In this document: piece after piece, positions 55,613-61,070 of the stretch | How the letters are laid out: every line of letters begins with the position of its first letter | Numbering within the stretch: position 1 is the first letter of the stretch | NCBI GenBank assembly: GCA_027592645.1 | Contig: JAQCKI010000003.1 | Span: 1-61,070 of the forward strand | Reading direction: 5' to 3' | Origin: Chloroflexota bacterium | GTDB lineage: Bacteria > Chloroflexota > Dehalococcoidia > UBA2979 | DNA length: 61,070 bases | Position numbers and translations under genes: made by a program | The notes under the pieces: generated by a model | The model's input: only the letters and a program-made list of their open reading frames with translations | Told to the model about the DNA's origin: nothing | Database searches by the model: none

Positions 55613-55927
55613 TCAGTCGAGGTCGAACGCCCAGCGGAGGGCGGCGTCGACTTCACCCATTCGCGTCGGTGACAGCGAGCCTATCCGGCGGATGAACTGC
55701 CGCTTCGGGATGGTGGAGAGCGTCTCCATGTTGGCGACGCTCGGTCGGTTCAGTCCCTCGGCGGGGCCGAGTTCGACCTCCGCTCTGAGTGACCGCGGCC
55801 GTGTCGTCACCATGGCGGCCGTGACGAGATCACGCTGATCGTAGGAAGAACTTCGCGCGATGAGCAGAACCGACCGGCGACCGATCGGCGGAGGCTGGTC
55901 GGTCAGCCAGACCTCTCCTCGCTCCAC
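55613..55927 (-). CDS. PemK/MazF family toxin
   Basis: ERGEVW, RR.VL.I, VTT, EGL..PSVAN, IG.LS..RM.EVDAAL; GTG overlaps the antitoxin TAG. Confidence 0.88.
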   Translation of the reverse strand: MERGEVWLTDQPPPIGRRSVLLIARSSSYDQRDLVTAAMVTTRPRSLRAEVELGPAEGLNRPSVANMETLSTIPKRQFIRRIGSLSPTRMGEVDAALRWAFDLD

Positions 55928-56214
55928 TAGTCCTCGTCCCACTCAAACGGAAACTCATCGGCCATCTCCGCTGCGTAGGTGCGCTGGATCGCCTCGTACA
56001 GGGCGACGTCCTCGGGAGTCTCCGGGTTCGCCAGATAGGCCTGGCGGTCCATTTCCTCCCACTCGCGAACCTGCTCCTGCTTCAACAGCCGCTCGACGGC
56101 CTCGCGAATCGTTTCGGAGCGAGTCTCGCCGCGCGCCAGCCGTCGGGCCTCGATGCGGTCGAGGAGTTCCTGGGGGAGTGAGACGGCAATCTTGGCGTGC
56201 GGTGTCTTAGGCAT
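55927..56214 (-). CDS. Ribbon-helix-helix (CopG/MazE-type) antitoxin
   Basis: KIAVSLP.ELL..I.....TRSE.IREAV; acidic C-terminus. Confidence 0.85.
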   Translation of the reverse strand: MPKTPHAKIAVSLPQELLDRIEARRLARGETRSETIREAVERLLKQEQVREWEEMDRQAYLANPETPEDVALYEAIQRTYAAEMADEFPFEWDED

Positions 56215-56221
56215 ATTCGCA

Positions 56222-56260
56222 TCATACCGTCGTCATACCGGCGGTACTACCCGGGTATGA
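56222..56260. promoter_or_regulatory. Repeated TCATACC / GGTATGA boxes; probable antitoxin operator
   Basis: TCATACC at 56222 and 56233, GGTACTACC at 56243, inverted GGTATGA at 56254. Confidence 0.62.
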
Positions 56261-56267
56261 CCGGTGT

Positions 56268-59090
56268 CTATTCCGGTCGCAGTGCGCCGCCGCCGACCGG
56301 CGCCTGGCCCTTGCGGAGCGCCCGAGGGGCCCGCCCGGCCCGCGAGGCCGTCCCGACGGCCTCGACGCGCACGGCGCACGCCTTGAACTCCGGGATGCCC
56401 GAGGGCAGGTCGAGGGCGTCGTTGGTCAGCACGTTCGCGGCCTCGCCCTGCAACTGCACGAACGGTACGAACAGCTCGCCGCGCCGCATCGAGTCGACGA
56501 CGTGCAACCGGGCCACGATCTCGCCGCGGCGGGACGCAAGTTGCACGTCCTGCCCGTCCGTCAGGTGCAGCATCTCGGCATCGCGTGGGTGCATGTCCAC
56601 CGTGACCTGCGGCATGTGGCCGAGCAGGCCCGGTACGCGGCGCGTCATCACGCCGGTGTGCCAGTGGTAGAGCGAACGCCCCGTGATCAGCGTGTACGGG
56701 AACCGTTTCGAGGGCAGCTCTGCCGCCGCCGGTCCCTGCTCGACCGCGACGAAGAGGCCACGGCCGCGCGGGAACTCCGTCTCGAACAGTCGAGGGGTGC
56801 CGGGGTGGCCCGGCTCCGGGCACGGCCACTGGATGCCGCCGTCGCGCTCGAGCCGCGTGTGCGACAGCCCCCCGATGATCGAGGTCAGGCCGGCCATCTC
56901 ATCGAACACCTCGGAGGGGCCGTCCCACTCGAACTGGTCGGTGGGCCGCTCCAGCAGGCGCAGCACGCGGCGTGCGATCTCGGCGGTGATCTCCCAGTCG
57001 GGCCGTGCCTCGCCGGGTGCCGCCGCGAACGGCCGCACCAGTTGCACGCGGCGTTCCGAGTTGGTGAACGTGCCGTACTTCTCCGCGAACGAGGCCGCCG
57101 GCAGCACCACGTCCGCGATCTCCGCGGTCTCGTGCATGAAGATGTCCTGCACCACCAGGAAGTCCAGCGACTGGAACGCGTCGCGCGCGTGCGCCAGGTA
57201 GGGGTCCGAGATCAACGGGTTCTCACCCACCACGTACATCGTCCGCAGCGCGCCCGTCAGCATCTCCTCGATCATGTGCGTCGCCTGCAGGCCGGGGCTC
57301 CGAGGAATTTCGACGGCCCACGCGCGCTCCCAGTGCTCGTGCGCGGGGCCACCGACGGCGTCGTAGCCGGGGAAGACGTTCGGCAGGCAACCGGAGTCGG
57401 AGCAGCCCTGCACGTTGTTCTGGCCCCGCAGTGGCGAGATGCCGTTGCTCTCTCCGCCCACCTGACCGGCGAGCAGCGCGAGGTTGATCAGCGCGCGCGC
57501 ATTGTCTGAGCCGTTGGTGTGCTGCGTGACGCCCATGCCCCAGATCAGGCAGGAGCCGCGCGCGTTGCCGTCCGCGTCCGGTCGAGGGCGCGCGTAGAGT
57601 CGCGCCGCGCGTCGGATCTCGTTCGCCGGGACGCCGGTGATCCGCTCAGCCTCCTCGGGCGTCACCTGCTCGGCCACGCGCCGCCACGCATCGAAGCCCT
57701 CCGTGCGCGCGGCGACGAACGCCTCGTCCCACAGCCCCTCATCGAGGAGGACGTGCGCCATCGCGTTGAATAGCGCGACGTCCGTGCCGGGGCGTGGTTG
57801 CAGGTGCACTTCGGCCACGTCGCAGAGGTCGATCCGGATCGGGTTCACTACGATCAGCGCCGCGCCGCGGTCTTCCACCGCCCGGCGGAGGCGCGAGGCG
57901 ACGACGGGGTGGTTCTGCCCCGTGTCGGAGCCGACGACCAGCAGCGTGCCGGCGCGGTCGTAGTCCTCGTACGAATTGCTGGTGGCGCCGGAGCCGACCT
58001 GCTCCTGTAGCGCAACGACCGAGGGCGCGTGACAGAGCCGCGAGCAGTGGTCGATCGAGTTCGTCCCCATCACCGCCCGCACGAACTTCTGCATCACGTA
58101 GCCGTCCTCGTTGGTCGCCTTGGCGGAAGCGATGCCGGCGAACGCGCCGACCGAGGCGGCGAAGCGGCGCGCCACCAGATCCAGGGCCTCGTCCCACGTC
58201 GCGGGCTGCAGCTCACCCTCGCGCCGTACGAGCGGCGTCGTCAGGCGGTCCGGCGCGTGGACGAACTCCAGGCCGAAGCGGCCCTTCACGCAGGTCATCC
58301 CCTGCGATGATCCGTTCGAGGCGATGCCGTCCACCCACGCGACCTCGCCGTCGCGCACGTTGACGCTCAGCCCGCACCCGACGCCGCAGTACGGGCAGGT
58401 GGTCTCGACGACCTCGATCGCCGTGTCCTGCCGGCCGGAGGCGCGTGCCGGCGCGCCCACCTTCGGGAGGATGGCGCCGGTGGGGCACTGCGACACGCAC
58501 TGACCGCAGGAGGTGCAGGTCGAGTCCTCCCATGCCAGGTCAAACGCCACGCCGATGCGTGCGTCAGGCCCGCGGCCGTTGATGCCGATCGCGCCGATGT
58601 GCTGGGTGCGCTGGCAGGCATCTACGCAACGGCCGCACAGGATGCAGTCGCCCATCTCGAAGTCGAAGAACAGGTTGCTCTCATCGCGCTTCACGCGCGG
58701 GGCCGGCGCATACGTGGAGACGCCGAGGCCGTGGCGCTGTGCCTCGGCGGCGGCGTGGCCCTTTCCGCGCCCGTCCGTGGACATGCCCAGCGTCAGATCC
58801 AGCACGCCGCGCCGCACGCGTTCCGCACGCTCCGAGGTCGTGCGAAGCGCCATACCGTCCGCGACCGGCGTGTGGCATGCCGCCGCGAGGCGTGGTGCGC
58901 CCTCGATCTCCACGAGGCAGGTGCGGCATGCACCGAGTGGCCCTCGGTCGTCCGGGCGGCAGAGGTGAGGCAGCGCCACCGAGGCACGCTCGACGGCGTC
59001 CAGGATCATCGCGCCGCGCGGCACGGAGACGGGGACACCGTCCACGGTGACACCGACGTTCGAGACGATGACGGGCATCTGCAGGGTCAC
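56268..59090 (-). CDS. Formate dehydrogenase alpha subunit (FdsA/FdhF-like, Cys-type)
   Basis: N-terminal 2Fe-2S (GACRTC), two 4Fe-4S (CILCGRC, CTSCGQC), CPYCGVGC, IDHCSRLCH, LRGQNNVQG, C-terminal molybdopterin dinucleotide domain; GGAGG RBS. Confidence 0.92.
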   Translation of the reverse strand: MTLQMPVIVSNVGVTVDGVPVSVPRGAMILDAVERASVALPHLCRPDDRGPLGACRTCLVEIEGAPRLAAACHTPVADGMALRTTSERAERVRRGVLDLTLGMSTDGRGKGHAAAEAQRHGLGVSTYAPAPRVKRDESNLFFDFEMGDCILCGRCVDACQRTQHIGAIGINGRGPDARIGVAFDLAWEDSTCTSCGQCVSQCPTGAILPKVGAPARASGRQDTAIEVVETTCPYCGVGCGLSVNVRDGEVAWVDGIASNGSSQGMTCVKGRFGLEFVHAPDRLTTPLVRREGELQPATWDEALDLVARRFAASVGAFAGIASAKATNEDGYVMQKFVRAVMGTNSIDHCSRLCHAPSVVALQEQVGSGATSNSYEDYDRAGTLLVVGSDTGQNHPVVASRLRRAVEDRGAALIVVNPIRIDLCDVAEVHLQPRPGTDVALFNAMAHVLLDEGLWDEAFVAARTEGFDAWRRVAEQVTPEEAERITGVPANEIRRAARLYARPRPDADGNARGSCLIWGMGVTQHTNGSDNARALINLALLAGQVGGESNGISPLRGQNNVQGCSDSGCLPNVFPGYDAVGGPAHEHWERAWAVEIPRSPGLQATHMIEEMLTGALRTMYVVGENPLISDPYLAHARDAFQSLDFLVVQDIFMHETAEIADVVLPAASFAEKYGTFTNSERRVQLVRPFAAAPGEARPDWEITAEIARRVLRLLERPTDQFEWDGPSEVFDEMAGLTSIIGGLSHTRLERDGGIQWPCPEPGHPGTPRLFETEFPRGRGLFVAVEQGPAAAELPSKRFPYTLITGRSLYHWHTGVMTRRVPGLLGHMPQVTVDMHPRDAEMLHLTDGQDVQLASRRGEIVARLHVVDSMRRGELFVPFVQLQGEAANVLTNDALDLPSGIPEFKACAVRVEAVGTASRAGRAPRALRKGQAPVGGGALRPE

Positions 59091-59119
59091 CGGCGGGCCT
59101 CCATCCGCACGTGCCGATG

Positions 59120-59581
59120 CTACCGCGCGGCGCGCCCGCTGCGGATCAGGTCACGCGTCAGTTCTGCGTGGGCCAGGTGTTCCGCTGCGTGCCGTGCGAC
59201 GACCACCAGGATCGCCGCGCCCGTAATCTCGCCTCGGCGGGGATGCACGGTGGGCGTCAGCAGCCGAGCGTCATCGAGTTCGTCGAGGCGTGCCGCGAGG
59301 GCGGCGCGTACCCGCTCCCAGCGTGCGCGCACCTGTTCGATGTCCGTCTCCGGCGCGTCGAAGTCGCGTTCGCGGTCGTAGGCGACGGGGTCGCCGAGCA
59401 GCGTCCCCAGGAGGTTGTCCTCCGCGTTGGCGATGGTGTGGCCGGTGAGCGTGGCGATGCTGTTGGCGCCGTCGAAGTCTGGCCTGTGTGCGCGCTCATC
59501 AGGCGTCAGGGACGCGGCGAGGTCAACGAGGCGATCGATGCTGTTCTCGATGTACGGCCAGGTGATGCGCGCGAACGTCAT
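59120..59581 (-). CDS. DinB/DUF664-like protein
   Basis: ANSIATL..H, DRERDF, H.AEHLAHAELTRD. Confidence 0.75.
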   Translation of the reverse strand: MTFARITWPYIENSIDRLVDLAASLTPDERAHRPDFDGANSIATLTGHTIANAEDNLLGTLLGDPVAYDRERDFDAPETDIEQVRARWERVRAALAARLDELDDARLLTPTVHPRRGEITGAAILVVVARHAAEHLAHAELTRDLIRSGRAAR

Positions 59582-59602
59582 CGATCACCTCGCCGGTGGG
59601 CG

Positions 59603-59881
59603 CTAGCGGACGGGGCGGCGGGTCGCGGCGCGCTTCTTGGCTTCTTCGATCGCCGTCGCCTCGTACCGCTCACGTGCCTCGTTGGAGTCTTCACCAAAGG
59701 CATAGAAGCCGTCCGGCGACTTCACGATCTTGCCGGCGCGGATCTGCTTCAAGTGCTTCGGGCATGCCTGCACGGAAATCGTCGTCTGTGTCGAGGCGGC
59801 GCGGCGTCCCTTCAGGAGCATCCAGCGCACCATCGCAATGCGCTCCAGGTCATCGGCTCCGGCGCAGAAGTTACAGGTCAT
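59603..59881 (-). CDS. Small hypothetical protein with CxxC...CxxH (possible Zn finger)
   Basis: MTCNFC...ACPKH; ATGA overlap with the NuoF-like stop. Confidence 0.6.
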   Translation of the reverse strand: MTCNFCAGADDLERIAMVRWMLLKGRRAASTQTTISVQACPKHLKQIRAGKIVKSPDGFYAFGEDSNEARERYEATAIEEAKKRAATRRPVR

Positions 59882-61070
59882 CGGTCGAACGCCTCCGGGA
59901 ACAGCACCAGCGCCGAGGTCACCGGACGCCCGGCCATTCCGCCGAGCATGCACAGTGACGCTTCGGACATCACTTCGATCAGGTCGTCTATCTCCTTACG
60001 GTACGCCATCGGGTCCGCAAGAAACTCCACCAGCCGCTGCGTTCCCTCGCGACAGGGTGTGCATTCGCCGCACGACTCCTGTGCGTTGTACGCGGCCAGC
60101 GACCGCGTGATGCGCGCGATGTCCGCATCCAGCGGCAGCACCACGATCCCCCCGGCACCCAGGCCGCGCATTGTCAGCGGTTCTTCGTACTCCTCGGGCG
60201 GGACGAAGCGGCCAGAGGGGCCGCCGAGCAGTAGCGCGCGTGTGCGATGGGGGTTTGCACCCGCCATCGCCAGCAGGCCCGCCCATGTGGTCGCGCCATC
60301 TACCGGCACCTCGTACAGACCCGGCCGCGCGATGGCACCCGAAAGTGGGATCAACTTCGTTGGCGGGGGCGGGTCGTCCAGGATCGTGGTGACGGCACAG
60401 ATCGTCTCCACGTTGTTGATGACGGTCGGGCGGCCCCACAGCCCCGCGTCCGTCGCGAACGGCGGCTTGAAGCGCGGCACCGGCCGTTCGCCCTCGATCG
60501 AGTTGAGGATCACCGACTCCTCGCCGCAGACGTAGCCGCCCGCGCCGGAGCGCACCTCGATCGCCACGGGCGCGCCACCGAGCGCCCGACCATCGAGGAT
60601 GCCCGCGGCGTCCGCCTCGGCGAGCGCCGCCTCGAGTGCCGCGCGCGCCCGTCGCGCCTGACCGTTGATGTAGATGTACGCGCGGTCCGCGCCGATTGTG
60701 TGGCACGCGATCAGCACGCCTTCGATCACGCGGTGCGGGTCGCCCTCGATCAGGTGGCGATCCTTGAAGACACCCGGCTCACCCTCCTCGGCGTTCACCA
60801 CCAGCAACTTCGGCCCGTCATGGCGCGCGGCGAGCCGCCACTTCTGCGCCGTCTCGAAGTGCGCGCCGCCTCGGCCGGTCACCCCCGCGGAGACGACCAG
60901 CCCCAGCACCGTCTCCGCCGGCGCATTCGCGACCAGTGCCAGCGTGGCGTAGGCCCCGTATCCCAGCGCCTCGCCCAGCGACCGGTCGTGGCGACCGAGG
61001 CGCGCCGTCAGGCCGCGTTCGCCGCGCCCGGCGTATTCGTCAGCGCATTCGCCGCCGAGGCAGGCATCGA
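59878..61070 (-). CDS. NuoF/FdsB-like FMN/NAD-binding subunit (5' end beyond the window)
   Basis: GRGGA.F, NAEEGEPG.FKDR, GAGGYVCGEES, INNVET, ESCGECTPCREG, SLCMLG; frame stays open to the window end. Confidence 0.9.
   Translation of the reverse strand, partial: DACLGGECADEYAGRGERGLTARLGRHDRSLGEALGYGAYATLALVANAPAETVLGLVVSAGVTGRGGAHFETAQKWRLAARHDGPKLLVVNAEEGEPGVFKDRHLIEGDPHRVIEGVLIACHTIGADRAYIYINGQARRARAALEAALAEADAAGILDGRALGGAPVAIEVRSGAGGYVCGEESVILNSIEGERPVPRFKPPFATDAGLWGRPTVINNVETICAVTTILDDPPPPTKLIPLSGAIARPGLYEVPVDGATTWAGLLAMAGANPHRTRALLLGGPSGRFVPPEEYEEPLTMRGLGAGGIVVLPLDADIARITRSLAAYNAQESCGECTPCREGTQRLVEFLADPMAYRKEIDDLIEVMSEASLCMLGGMAGRPVTSALVLFPEAFDR

Noticed and set aside
1-61070. CRISPR array, rRNA or IS element
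   Set aside because: No regularly spaced repeats, rRNA-like segments, transposases or terminal inverted repeats were seen.

Overview
GC-rich, densely coding bacterial chromosomal segment with about 55 CDS, one tRNA-Lys(UUU) and two type II toxin-antitoxin pairs. I found no CRISPR array, rRNA, integrase or transposase. The gene content (F420-type luciferase-like oxidoreductase, membrane-anchored LuxR-Kelch protein, DUF5671 repeat protein, orphan recF, MoxR-like ATPase/VWA pair) suggests an aerobic, peptidoglycan-containing Chloroflexota, probably Dehalococcoidia-like; this is inference. The strongest signal is a CoA-transferase-fold alpha subunit (5523-6401, -) interrupted by one in-frame TGA that is followed directly by a SECIS-like hairpin. 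It is probably a selenoenzyme. Its Sec appears to sit at the alpha-subunit catalytic position of IpdA-type enzymes, and its partner beta subunit lacks the canonical catalytic Glu motif. Other notable items: (1) a LuxR-TM-Kelch gene flanked by a 33-bp direct repeat next to tRNA-Lys; (2) a response regulator / coiled-coil protein / histidine kinase / recF operon with a perfect DnaA box at its start and a 1-nt frameshift in the regulator; (3) a Fur-family gene with no canonical start codon heading a Ni/Co ECF operon; (4) a cupredoxin-fused two-domain multicopper oxidase; (5) periodic operator arrays in front of both TA pairs. All family assignments come from motif recognition, not database searches.
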